This document shows, in pieces, positions 41,067-51,791 of a stretch of 64,000 bases of DNA. Origin of the DNA: Anaerolineae bacterium (lineage in GTDB: Bacteria > Chloroflexota > Anaerolineae > SpSt-600); contig JANXAG010000001.1 in the NCBI GenBank assembly GCA_025062375.1, positions 50,922 to 114,921 of the forward strand, in the 5' to 3' direction. The number at the start of each line of letters is the position of its first letter. Positions within the stretch are counted from its first letter, which is position 1. Both the position numbers and the translations under genes were made by a program. The notes under the pieces are model-generated. The model worked only from the letters and a program-made list of their open reading frames with translations, was not told where the DNA came from and made no database searches.

Positions 41067-42038
41067 TTGAAGGTTCTACCCTTTCTGGGAATAGTCAAAG
41101 AAGAGCTCAAAAAAGTGGAAGAACTCATCCTTTCGGAGGGGGGGTTAAGCTACAAGCCTCTGGCTAATTCCGTGGAGACCATCCTAAAAAGCGGAGGCAA
41201 ACGTCTTCGGCCCGCTCTTACAATCCTGGCTTCAAAGCTTTACCCTGCTGACGGAGAAAGGCCCATAATAGCCGCTGCGGCTATGGAACTCCTTCACGCT
41301 GCCACCCTTATTCACGATGATTTTATAGACCAGTCGCCTACCAGGCGCGGTGTTCCTACCCTCAATAGTCTATGGCCCCCCGCTGCTGTGGTTCTGGCCG
41401 GCGACCATCTCTTCGCCAGAGCTGCTTCTCTGGCAGCTATGACCGGAAGCCCAAGGGTGGTTAAGATCTTCGCCCAGGCCCTCAAAACTATATGCGATGG
41501 CGAAATCCGTCAGCTTTTTGGAGCTTTCGGCTGGCCTCAAGAACACAAAGATTACTATTACCGAATTTATGCTAAAACCTCTTCCCTCTTTGAGGCCTCC
41601 GCTGAGATTGGAGGGGTGCTGAGCAATGCTCCCGAGGAAGCCATCCAGGCCCTGAAAGAATACGGGAAAAATCTCGGAAACGCCTTCCAGATTGTAGATG
41701 ATGTCCTGGACTTTACCGGAAATGAGGAAATTCTGGGGAAACCCGCCGGGAGTGACCTCCGCCAGGGAATTGTGACTTTGCCCGTCTTTTACTTTGTGGA
41801 AAACGGAGGCGATGAAAGTTTAGTGGTGAAAGCCTTAAAGGCCGGGCCTGAGGAAAGGGAAAGGGCTCTGAAAGAACTTATAGAGAGAATTCGGAGTTCT
41901 CCAGCTATAGAGCTTTCCATAAAAGAGGCCATGAATTTCGTGGGAAGGGCCAAAGAGGCTATCGCCTTCCTCCCTGAGAGCCCATATCGTTCAGCCCTTA
42001 TAGCCCTGGCCGATTTCGCTGTGGAGCGAAACCGTTGA
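41067..42038 (+). CDS. Polyprenyl diphosphate synthase (trans-isoprenyl diphosphate synthase family)
   Basis: The first Asp-rich motif is 'LIHDDFIDQS' and the second is 'VDDVLD'. Confidence 0.85.
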   Translation: MKVLPFLGIVKEELKKVEELILSEGGLSYKPLANSVETILKSGGKRLRPALTILASKLYPADGERPIIAAAAMELLHAATLIHDDFIDQSPTRRGVPTLNSLWPPAAVVLAGDHLFARAASLAAMTGSPRVVKIFAQALKTICDGEIRQLFGAFGWPQEHKDYYYRIYAKTSSLFEASAEIGGVLSNAPEEAIQALKEYGKNLGNAFQIVDDVLDFTGNEEILGKPAGSDLRQGIVTLPVFYFVENGGDESLVVKALKAGPEERERALKELIERIRSSPAIELSIKEAMNFVGRAKEAIAFLPESPYRSALIALADFAVERNR

Positions 42039-42042
42039 GGAG

Positions 42043-43020
42043 ATGAGTTCTGATTTAGCTGTTATAATCGTAAACTGGAATGTATCAGCCCTTTTAAGAC
42101 GTTGTCTGGAAAGCCTGGAAAAATCTACCGATATCTCTTTCACCTCTTCTCCTGCCCGCTACCAGGGGGATGTCACTGTGGTAGACAATGCTTCCACCGA
42201 CGACAGTGTGGAAATGGTGTGCTCTCTTTTCCCCTGGGTTCGCCTCCTAACCAGCAAAGTTAACCTGGGGTTTGCCAGGGCCAATAACCTTATCCTTAAA
42301 AGCCGGATGATGGAAGACCCACCAGCTTTTTTCCTCCTTTTAAACCCTGATACGGAGGTTGCACCGGATGCCATCTCCCGCATGCTTGATTTCATGGTGG
42401 CCAACCCGGAGGTGGGGGTAATTGGTCCTAAACTCCTTAATCCCGACGGAACTGTTCAACCCTCAAGGCGCCGTTTCCCTTCCCTCCTCACTGCTTTTCT
42501 GGAAAGCACCATTATCCAGTGGCGTCTCTGGAAGAACAATCCCGTGCTTCGCCACTATTACATAGCAGACAAATCCGATGACGAGATTCAGGAAGTGGAT
42601 TGGCTCACCGGGGCCTGCCTAATGGTCAGGCAGGAGGCAGTGGAAGCTGCCGGCTTCCTGGACGAGGATTTTTTCATGTATTCCGAGGAGCTGGATTGGT
42701 GCCGCAGGATTAAATCCTTGGGCTTCAAGATCGTCTACTTTCCCTATGCCCAGGTAGTCCATCACTCGGCCCAGTCCAGCGAGCAGGTGAAACCCCTTCA
42801 GCACATTCGCTTTCAGAGGAGCAAAATTCTCTACTTCCGCAAATATTTCGGCCCCTTCTGGGGGCTTTTCCTCCACATTTTTCTGGTGTTCAACTATTTT
42901 ATCCTCTTCACAGAAGAAGCGATTAAATGGCTCCTCACCAGGCGGCCGGAGCATAAAAGAGGCATGGAAAGCTACCGGGAAATTTTGATTTCAGGGCTTT
43001 TAAGGGGGTGGGAAGAATGA
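42043..43020 (+). CDS. Glycosyltransferase family 2
   Basis: 'VIIVNWN', 'VDNASTDDS' and 'LLNPDTE' are present. It is a paralog of the GT2 at 52973. Confidence 0.8.
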   Translation: MSSDLAVIIVNWNVSALLRRCLESLEKSTDISFTSSPARYQGDVTVVDNASTDDSVEMVCSLFPWVRLLTSKVNLGFARANNLILKSRMMEDPPAFFLLLNPDTEVAPDAISRMLDFMVANPEVGVIGPKLLNPDGTVQPSRRRFPSLLTAFLESTIIQWRLWKNNPVLRHYYIADKSDDEIQEVDWLTGACLMVRQEAVEAAGFLDEDFFMYSEELDWCRRIKSLGFKIVYFPYAQVVHHSAQSSEQVKPLQHIRFQRSKILYFRKYFGPFWGLFLHIFLVFNYFILFTEEAIKWLLTRRPEHKRGMESYREILISGLLRGWEE

Positions 43021-44240
43021 AAGTTTGCTTTGTAACAGGTGAATTTCCCCCCATGGAGGGGGGAGTAGGGGATTACACAAAAGAGTTAGCAATGGCAATG
43101 GCTGCTCAGGGGGTTGAAGTATGCGTTATCACTTCTGTTAAAGCAAGGGAAGCCAATTTTCCTCCCCTGAAAGTCTATCCAGCAATGGAAAAGTGGGATT
43201 GGGGACACTGGAGTAAAATTGCAAAGTATATTCGCTATGAAGAACCCCAGGTGCTTCACATTCAATATCAGGCGGCTGCCTATAACATGCACCCGGCTGT
43301 TAACCTCTTGCCGTGGCGTCTTAAGCTTCTCCGGAACCGCCCCCTGATTGTAACCACTTTTCACGATTTAAGGGTCCCCTACCTTTTCCCCAAGGCTGGA
43401 GTTTTGAGAGAGTGGGCCATTACCCTCATGGGGTTAGGGAGTGATGGAGTTATTGTCACCAACGTGGAAGATCTCCTGAACCTGCGACGGAGGTTTGAAG
43501 GGCTTCGCCGTTTTCCCCTTTCACCAATCCGTCACATCCCCATTGGCTCCAATATAAGGCCAGAGCTGCCACCCAATTACCACCGCGACCACTGGCGGGC
43601 ACGCTGGGGGGTAGCCAAGGAGGACATACTCCTTTCCCACTTCGGTTTTTTGAACGAAACCAAAGGAGTGGAAGCCCTGGTAAAGGCTCTCCACCGGTTA
43701 GTGAAAGAAGGTTATCCGGTAAAGCTATTGATGGTGGGTGGGGAAACTGGCTCCAGTGATCCCACCAACCTGGAGTACGCTCGCAAGGTGAAAGCATTGA
43801 TAGAAGAACTGGGCCTTGAAGAGAGGGTTAAATGGACCGGGTACACTTCTCCTGAAGAGGTATCGGCTAACCTGATCGCCTCTGATATCTGCGTTTTGCC
43901 CTATAGAGATGGGGTATCTCTCAGAAGGGGGAGCCTTCATGCAGCTCTAATCCATGGTTTGCCGATCATAAGCACGCATCCCCGGGTGGCTATTAAAGAG
44001 CTCAGGGATGGGGAGAACATCAAGCTTGTGGCCCCTGATGACCCGGAGGCCATAGCGCGAGCGGTCATAGAGCTAAGTCAGGACCTCAACTTACGTAATA
44101 AGCTTGGAGAAGGAGCCAAGAAGCTTTCGGCTAAATTTGGGTGGGAGGGAATAGCCAGCGAAACCCTTAAATTTTACGGGGAGCTGAAAGCAAGCTTTTC
44201 TCAGGCCCAGACTCAATGGAGCTACGGGAAAGGGTGTTAA
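43008..44240 (+). CDS. Glycosyltransferase family 4
   Basis: The GT-B protein begins 'KVCFVTGEFPPMEGGVGDY' and has a C-terminal EX7E-type region. Confidence 0.8.
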   Translation: MGRMKVCFVTGEFPPMEGGVGDYTKELAMAMAAQGVEVCVITSVKAREANFPPLKVYPAMEKWDWGHWSKIAKYIRYEEPQVLHIQYQAAAYNMHPAVNLLPWRLKLLRNRPLIVTTFHDLRVPYLFPKAGVLREWAITLMGLGSDGVIVTNVEDLLNLRRRFEGLRRFPLSPIRHIPIGSNIRPELPPNYHRDHWRARWGVAKEDILLSHFGFLNETKGVEALVKALHRLVKEGYPVKLLMVGGETGSSDPTNLEYARKVKALIEELGLEERVKWTGYTSPEEVSANLIASDICVLPYRDGVSLRRGSLHAALIHGLPIISTHPRVAIKELRDGENIKLVAPDDPEAIARAVIELSQDLNLRNKLGEGAKKLSAKFGWEGIASETLKFYGELKASFSQAQTQWSYGKGC

Positions 44241-44243
44241 ATT

Positions 44244-45785
44244 ATGCGGATGAGCAAGCTCTTCGGCCGTACTTTGAGGCAGGTGGAGGAGAGAGGAAGC
44301 ACGGGCCTTAAGCTCCTGGCAAGGGCAGGTTTCCTCCGAAGGGAGCCCTTTTCCATCCTGCCCCTCGGTTCCCTGGCCTTGGAGAAGCTCAAATCTCTTT
44401 GGGAGAAAGTTCTTGCCCCGGAGTTTCAAAGAATTGAATTAACCTTCTGTGAGCCCCTATCGCCTGAAGAAAAGCTCCTGCTCCTTGTTTCCAAAGAGCT
44501 CGCATCGTACCGGGAACTCCCTCTCTACTTGGAATCAGAAGTGTACCTCAGTAAAACTTCTCCCTTTTACCTGCCGGAAGGGAAGGCTTACCTTTTATTG
44601 GGACTTTTACCGGATGAGGGTTCAGCCCGGGAACAGTGGCAAGCTTTGAGCGAAAAGGCCGAGAGGTTGATCAAGTCGTGCAAGCTTCACAGCCCTTTTC
44701 CCGGCTTCGGAAAGGGATGGGACTGGATTGTGCCAGACCCTGAGGGGGAAGAGAGGGTGGTGGTATGTCCAGGCTGCGGGTATTCAGCGCCTCCTGCCTG
44801 GGCCAGGGTTCATATAGAACCCCTCCCTCCCGAGGAGTTAGAGCCCCCGAGAGAGGTGGCAACCCCCAATTGCACTACTATTGAGTCCCTGGCTTCCTTC
44901 CTGGGGGTTCCCAGAAGTAAAACGGCTAAAGCTGTATTTTATACCGGAGAGGATGAGAGAATAGTTTTCGCTGTAATCCGAGGGGATATGGAGGTAAGCG
45001 AGGCTAAGCTTTCATCAGAACTGGGCTGGGTAACGCTCAGACCTTCTACCGAAGGGGAACTGCTCTTTGCGGGTATAGTGCCTGGTTATGCTTCGCCCAT
45101 AGGGGTCAAAGGGGTAACTGTTGCGGTGGATAGCTCCCTCAGAAGCGGAGCTAACTTTGTAGCCGGAGCTAACCGGGAAGGTTACCATTTAATCGGGGTA
45201 AATTATCCCAGAGATTTCCAGGCAAATCTGGAAGGGGATCTGGCCCTGGCCAGGGCCGGGGACCGATGTCCTTTCTGCCAGGCTGTTTTTGAAGAAGCCA
45301 GGGGGTTTCTGGTGGCATCACTGCGGATGGCTGGCCCCGAGGGCACATCTCGCCGCGGCCTTTCTTTCAATACTCCCGAGAGGAGAAAGGATCACCCATG
45401 GGCCATCCTTATGGTTCTTTACCCATACCGGTTTCTGGAAGCAGTAGCTCAATTAAATCATGATGAAAAGGGGTTGCTTTGGCCCGAGCCTTTAGCCCCC
45501 TTCCACGTTCACCTCATAGGCCTTGGAGAAGAAGGCCTCACCGAAGGAGAAAGCTTTTACCTTCGGCTCAAGACCGAGGGAATAGCGGTGCTGTTTGACG
45601 ATCGGGATGAAAGCGCCGGAGTAAAGTTTACCGATGCCGACCTAATAGGCCTGCCCTGGAGGGTGGTGGTAAGCAAGCGTTCCTTATCTCAGGGAGGGGT
45701 TGAAGTCAGAAGAAGAACCGAATCTCTTTCAAGGGTTGTGCCCTTTGACGTTTTCCTCAGAGAAGTTCAATCCGGTAATCAATGA
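44244..45785 (+). CDS. Prolyl-tRNA synthetase-like protein with degenerate class II catalytic motifs but retained INS (editing)-domain and anticodon-binding-domain signatures
   Basis: It aligns with bacterial ProRS at the N-terminus, at INS-like blocks ('VATPNCTTIESLASFLGV', 'RGDMEVSEAK', 'GANREGYHLIGVNYPRD') and at the anticodon-binding domain ('HVHLIGLGEE...DDRDESAGVKFTDADLIGLPWRVVV'). Motif 2 (FRDExRPR becomes YLSKTSP) and motif 3 (GCYGIGVSR becomes VLYPYRFLE) are degenerate. Confidence 0.55.
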   Translation: MRMSKLFGRTLRQVEERGSTGLKLLARAGFLRREPFSILPLGSLALEKLKSLWEKVLAPEFQRIELTFCEPLSPEEKLLLLVSKELASYRELPLYLESEVYLSKTSPFYLPEGKAYLLLGLLPDEGSAREQWQALSEKAERLIKSCKLHSPFPGFGKGWDWIVPDPEGEERVVVCPGCGYSAPPAWARVHIEPLPPEELEPPREVATPNCTTIESLASFLGVPRSKTAKAVFYTGEDERIVFAVIRGDMEVSEAKLSSELGWVTLRPSTEGELLFAGIVPGYASPIGVKGVTVAVDSSLRSGANFVAGANREGYHLIGVNYPRDFQANLEGDLALARAGDRCPFCQAVFEEARGFLVASLRMAGPEGTSRRGLSFNTPERRKDHPWAILMVLYPYRFLEAVAQLNHDEKGLLWPEPLAPFHVHLIGLGEEGLTEGESFYLRLKTEGIAVLFDDRDESAGVKFTDADLIGLPWRVVVSKRSLSQGGVEVRRRTESLSRVVPFDVFLREVQSGNQ

Positions 45786-46041
45786 GCTCTACCTGAGGGT
45801 AGTGCTGTAAAATCCATTCCACTACGTTGCTCAGAAGGCGATGCGCTTCCTCTGAGCTGGTAGAGACGCAGGCGATTCCCAGCTCGGCCCTCTGCCAGAG
45901 ATCCTGAGCGCCTATTTCGGCTATGGAGACGTTGAAGTTGCTCTGGACCCGCCGAATTATGGATTGAAGTATTCTCCTTTTATCTTTCAGAGAACCGTTC
46001 CCTGGGAGGTGCAGTTCGAGAGTGCAGGTTCCGATTACCAA
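45757..46041 (-). CDS. DUF503-family protein (YlxP-like)
   Basis: 'LELHLPGNGSLKDKRRILQSIIRRVQSNFNVSIAEIGAQDLWQRAELGIACVS' matches DUF503. Confidence 0.7.
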   Translation of the reverse strand: MVIGTCTLELHLPGNGSLKDKRRILQSIIRRVQSNFNVSIAEIGAQDLWQRAELGIACVSTSSEEAHRLLSNVVEWILQHYPQVELIDYRIELL

Positions 46042-47117
46042 GTCCAGCTTATCCTCTCTTCAAGCCAGCCTCTGGAGTTTTCCCGGTCAATTCCCACGAT
46101 GCCGTCAGGGCTTCCACCGAGGTTGAAGAGGCGCCTTAGGCCTGAACCATCAGGCCTTATGACCCACACAGCCCACTCTCCACCCCGATTGGACAGGAAG
46201 GCGATGTAATTTCCGTCGGGCGACCAGGTGGGTAAACCGTCGATAGCGGGGTCTTTAGTCAGGCGTCTGAGGCCTGTTCCATCGGAGTTGACGATGTAGA
46301 TTTCCCAGTTGCCATCGCGCATAGACATGAAGACGACTTTGCGGCCATCCGGGGAAGCCTCTGGTGCAGCGTCGGTGGGATCAGTGGTGAGGCGTTTTAC
46401 AACAGCCCCGCCGGTTGTTATCACAAAAAGTCCGCACTCACGGCATTGCCTGGCGGTGTAAACGATTGTGCCATCGGGCATCCAGGATGGGTATTCTCCG
46501 AAAACAGGGCCATAAAGTCCACTCATATCGCTCATGATAACCCCGTAGCCGCTGGGGGTGGTGATGTAAATGCGGGGGAAGCGGTCAGGATCCTCACGGG
46601 AGTGGAAAGCGAAAGCTTTATCGTCGAAAGACCAGCTGGGGCGAGCAGCTTCTGCCCGCCACTGAGTGCCCTGGATGTTCCACCAGTCGCCTCCTATAAC
46701 CTGGCCAAAAATACCACGCCTTGCGTTATCCCAGGAGCGATAGGCTATGCGGGTGCCATCGGAGTTAAAGTCGGGCTGGCTGGCTTGCTCCAGGAGCTTC
46801 CTTCTGCCTGAACCGTCAACGTTGGCCACAAAGATATCGTAAGTCTGGCGGGCGGGATCGTAGAGGGGGAAAGCTATTTTCCCTTTAAGGACAAGAGGCC
46901 GAGCAGAAGGTGTCGGAGTAGCTTCCGGCGATGGAGTTGGGGTTGGGATTTCAGGCGAAGGAGACGGAATTGGGGTAGAAGTGAAGGTCGGCGTTGGCGA
47001 TGGGGTAAAGGTAAAAGTTGGGAGGACCACTGTTACCCTGGGGGTGGGTGAAGGGGTTGCGCATCCTGCTGCTAATAAGCATAAAACGATGGTTAAAGCT
47101 AAAATTTTTCCCCTCAT
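46035..47117 (-). CDS. TolB-like beta-propeller (PD40-repeat) lipoprotein
   Basis: The lipobox 'LLAAGCA' and a Pro/Thr-rich linker are followed by repeated 'DG..IAF/VVF...S..DG' PD40 units. Confidence 0.7.
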   Translation of the reverse strand: MRGKILALTIVLCLLAAGCATPSPTPRVTVVLPTFTFTPSPTPTFTSTPIPSPSPEIPTPTPSPEATPTPSARPLVLKGKIAFPLYDPARQTYDIFVANVDGSGRRKLLEQASQPDFNSDGTRIAYRSWDNARRGIFGQVIGGDWWNIQGTQWRAEAARPSWSFDDKAFAFHSREDPDRFPRIYITTPSGYGVIMSDMSGLYGPVFGEYPSWMPDGTIVYTARQCRECGLFVITTGGAVVKRLTTDPTDAAPEASPDGRKVVFMSMRDGNWEIYIVNSDGTGLRRLTKDPAIDGLPTWSPDGNYIAFLSNRGGEWAVWVIRPDGSGLRRLFNLGGSPDGIVGIDRENSRGWLEERISWTW

Positions 47118-47935
47118 TTTAAACCTCCAAGTCTAAAAGTCCATTCTTCGCTTGAATACTTTTTCCGCAAACTGCGGGCTTGTTCTTCTTCAAAAGGGGT
47201 GAGGGAAGAAGGAACCAACAGCAGGTTGAAGGCCTCCCGGAAGCCTCGGATGAAGGCAACAGTTGCTTCTTCAAAGGTTATTTCCCGGCCCAGCAGGTCC
47301 GAAAGGGTTGAGGCCCTCTGGCGGAGCTTTTCCCTGAGGGCTTCTTTCTCCTTCTCTCCGAGGCGAAGGAAACGGACTATAGCCGCGATATCACCTCTGA
47401 GAGGTATAGAGCCATGCTGAAGGAGGGCATTCTTGCGACGGAGCTGGGCGCTACCTATGACCTTTTTGCCTTCACACTCTATCTCATAATCGGAAGGAGC
47501 TTCAAAGCACACGGGGCTTGGGAGATTACCCTGGCGGGGTGGTATTGCCTGATAGGGCTTCAAACCCAGAACTTCAAGACCTCTGAGAAGTCCATAACTT
47601 ATCCTTCGGAAGGAATCCAGAACCCCCGTTCCGGCCAGAGGATGGGAGGCAGGCAGAACGACGGTGTAGGTGAGTTCGTGGTGATGGAGGATGGCTTTGC
47701 CTCCGGTAGGCCTGCGGACTATCTCAACGCCAGCTCTGTGGCATTCTTCAAGGTCTAACTCTTCCAGGATTGCTTGATTGAGGCCTACTGAAAGACATGG
47801 AGGTTCCCACCCATAGAAGCGCAGAGTAGGAGGAACAAGGCCTTCCGAAACAGCCTGAAGGATAGCCTCATCTATGGCCATATTGGTTGCTCCATCGGCA
47901 AAGCCGCTTACTACAAGCCGCCAGCTTTCGGCCAT
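47114..47935 (-). CDS. Lipoate-protein ligase A / octanoyltransferase family (BPL_LplA_LipB catalytic domain only)
   Basis: 'RRPTGGKAILHHHELTY' and the Lys block 'GKKVIGSAQ' are present. Confidence 0.8.
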   Translation of the reverse strand: MAESWRLVVSGFADGATNMAIDEAILQAVSEGLVPPTLRFYGWEPPCLSVGLNQAILEELDLEECHRAGVEIVRRPTGGKAILHHHELTYTVVLPASHPLAGTGVLDSFRRISYGLLRGLEVLGLKPYQAIPPRQGNLPSPVCFEAPSDYEIECEGKKVIGSAQLRRKNALLQHGSIPLRGDIAAIVRFLRLGEKEKEALREKLRQRASTLSDLLGREITFEEATVAFIRGFREAFNLLLVPSSLTPFEEEQARSLRKKYSSEEWTFRLGGLK

Positions 47936-48873
47936 ATGCCTGCCTCCATTATAGCGCGGCGAGTTTCAGCCGGGGACGGGGGGTAAGGAAAGTTGTATAG
48001 GGGGCCTGATGGGCGTTCGTTGTAGTAGGGACGGTTGCAATCGGGGCAGCCTGAAGTTCGGAAGGCTTCACCGCTGGAAAGAACTTCCAGGTCAAATGGA
48101 GGGAAAGCCATTAATTTGCCATCCCTGGAGAAGGAAAGCTCCTCAGCCCGGACCAGATTTTGGACTATGAGATAACGGGCTATCTGGATGCGTCTGTAGG
48201 AAGCGAGGGGAGGGGGTGGTGAGTTTTCCATCCTTGTTCCAGCCAGAGGGGTAAAGGCGAAAAGTCCTGTAATTACGCCCAGGTCATGCATCTTCTGAAT
48301 CATCCGGATCATTTCTTCTTCTGTCTCGCCCAGGCCCACGATAAGGTGAACAGCTGCCCGACCGGGGTATTTGTAAGCTGTTTCTTCTATAAGGCTAAGG
48401 GCTTTTCCCCAGCCAGGCCCTTTGACCCGGGCGAAGACTCTTTCGGAGGCAGCATCCAGGCCAAAGCCTAGATGGTCAAGGCCGGCCTCGAACAGGATCT
48501 GAACTTCCCTGAAGTTCTGCGGGAGGAAAGCAGCATCTACAGGCAGAGGAGTCCTTTCCCTCAGTTTACGGACCAGCCTCACGGTTTTCTGGAAAGCTCC
48601 GGGGGAGTGGGTGACCTGAAGGCATATCCTCTTAAAGGGGCCGAGAGAACCCAGGGCTTCAAGTCTGGAAATTACTGTTTCTTCTGGGAAAGGGGGCCAG
48701 GAAATTCGTGAAAGGGAATAGGGCTTAGCGTTGCTGCTTCGGGCTTGCGAGCAAAAAGCGCAATCTCTCAGGCATTTGCCCCCCAGCATCAGGTAAGCGG
48801 TAGTAGGGGGGTGAGCCACTTTACCCAGTTTCAATCCCAGAGCTATGGCCGTTCCCAAGGAGATATTAACCAT
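47911..48873 (-). CDS. Radical SAM protein, lipoyl-synthase-like but non-canonical (possible LipS-type)
   Basis: The N-proximal motif 'CLRDCAFC' (CxxxCxxC) and a C-terminal 'GCPDCNRPYY' Cys pair are present. It lacks the LipA N-terminal auxiliary-cluster motif. The gene overlaps and is co-oriented with the LplA-family gene. Confidence 0.55.
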   Translation of the reverse strand: MVNISLGTAIALGLKLGKVAHPPTTAYLMLGGKCLRDCAFCSQARSSNAKPYSLSRISWPPFPEETVISRLEALGSLGPFKRICLQVTHSPGAFQKTVRLVRKLRERTPLPVDAAFLPQNFREVQILFEAGLDHLGFGLDAASERVFARVKGPGWGKALSLIEETAYKYPGRAAVHLIVGLGETEEEMIRMIQKMHDLGVITGLFAFTPLAGTRMENSPPPPLASYRRIQIARYLIVQNLVRAEELSFSRDGKLMAFPPFDLEVLSSGEAFRTSGCPDCNRPYYNERPSGPLYNFPYPPSPAETRRAIMEAGIWPKAGGL

Positions 48874-48980
48874 GGCGTTTATTTTATACCTCTTCCTGGC
48901 CCCTCTTGCAAACTCGTATTAGGCTGTTTAAAACTTCCCGACAGAACAGGATGGCTGAGATGCGACGGAGCTGAAAGTAG

Positions 48981-50948
<1,968 letters not shown>

Positions 50949-50962
50949 AGGAGGGAAAAAAG

Positions 50963-51778
50963 ATGGATACCCGGAGGCGCAAAATCCTCAAGGGAGCAGC
51001 TGCTGGCGGAGCTCTTCTGACCCTGGGAGTCATAGGAGGGGTAGGCAGCTTCAAAGCGGGTCAGAACCTCGCTAAAGTTGAATACGAGCTGGAAATAGCC
51101 AAACTCCGCACCCTCATTAAACTCTATCAGGAACTGGATAAAATCGGGATAGACGCACTTCTTAAGACTGCCCTTAAGACCATAACGTTGCCTCTGGAAA
51201 CAGTAAAAAAGGGGATTAGCGTGTTAAAGGAGGCAGTGGAGAAAGCCGAAGAGGCCCTGAGCAGACTCCTTTCGGCCTTGGCCCGGTGGCAGGAGCTCCT
51301 CAAAGAAGGAAAAGAGATTGTCCTGGAAATTGTTTCCTCTATGGAAGAAGCAGGCAAACTGATGGCCAGAGCCCTTGGCAAAATCCTTCCCTTCGCCGAA
51401 GCCGTTATAGAGTTCTTTGCCAGGCTGCTCCAGAAGTTGCCATTCGGGGCGGGCAAGGAACTTGGCGAAGCCCTTGAATCCGTAAAGACCCTCCTGAGGA
51501 ACCTTCCACAGATCGTTGAAAGGATAAACCTGAAAATCTTCGGGGGCCTTGGAGAAGATATTAACCCCGGGGACAGTGGCAAAGCAAAGGTTGAGGAAGA
51601 GGTCTCAGAACCTATAAAACTTGGGCTCCTTGAACCCCTTAAGGTTTTCCTTGAGGATGTGATGGTCCTTGTGGATAGCATTGAAAGGGACTTTGCTACC
51701 CCCATAGAAACGGCTTTAGCCGAAAGGGCTAAAATCCGCCAGCAAATAGAGGAATTCCGTCGTCAGCACGGCCTGTAA
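50963..51778 (+). CDS. Hypothetical all-alpha protein with an N-terminal twin-arginine (Tat)-like signal
   Basis: 'TRRRKILKGAAAGGALLTLGVIGG' is followed by ~240 aa of Glu/Lys/Leu-rich helical sequence without Cys. A strong AAAGGAGGG RBS precedes it. Confidence 0.55.
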   Translation: MDTRRRKILKGAAAGGALLTLGVIGGVGSFKAGQNLAKVEYELEIAKLRTLIKLYQELDKIGIDALLKTALKTITLPLETVKKGISVLKEAVEKAEEALSRLLSALARWQELLKEGKEIVLEIVSSMEEAGKLMARALGKILPFAEAVIEFFARLLQKLPFGAGKELGEALESVKTLLRNLPQIVERINLKIFGGLGEDINPGDSGKAKVEEEVSEPIKLGLLEPLKVFLEDVMVLVDSIERDFATPIETALAERAKIRQQIEEFRRQHGL

Positions 51779-51791
51779 CGAGGGTGGAATT

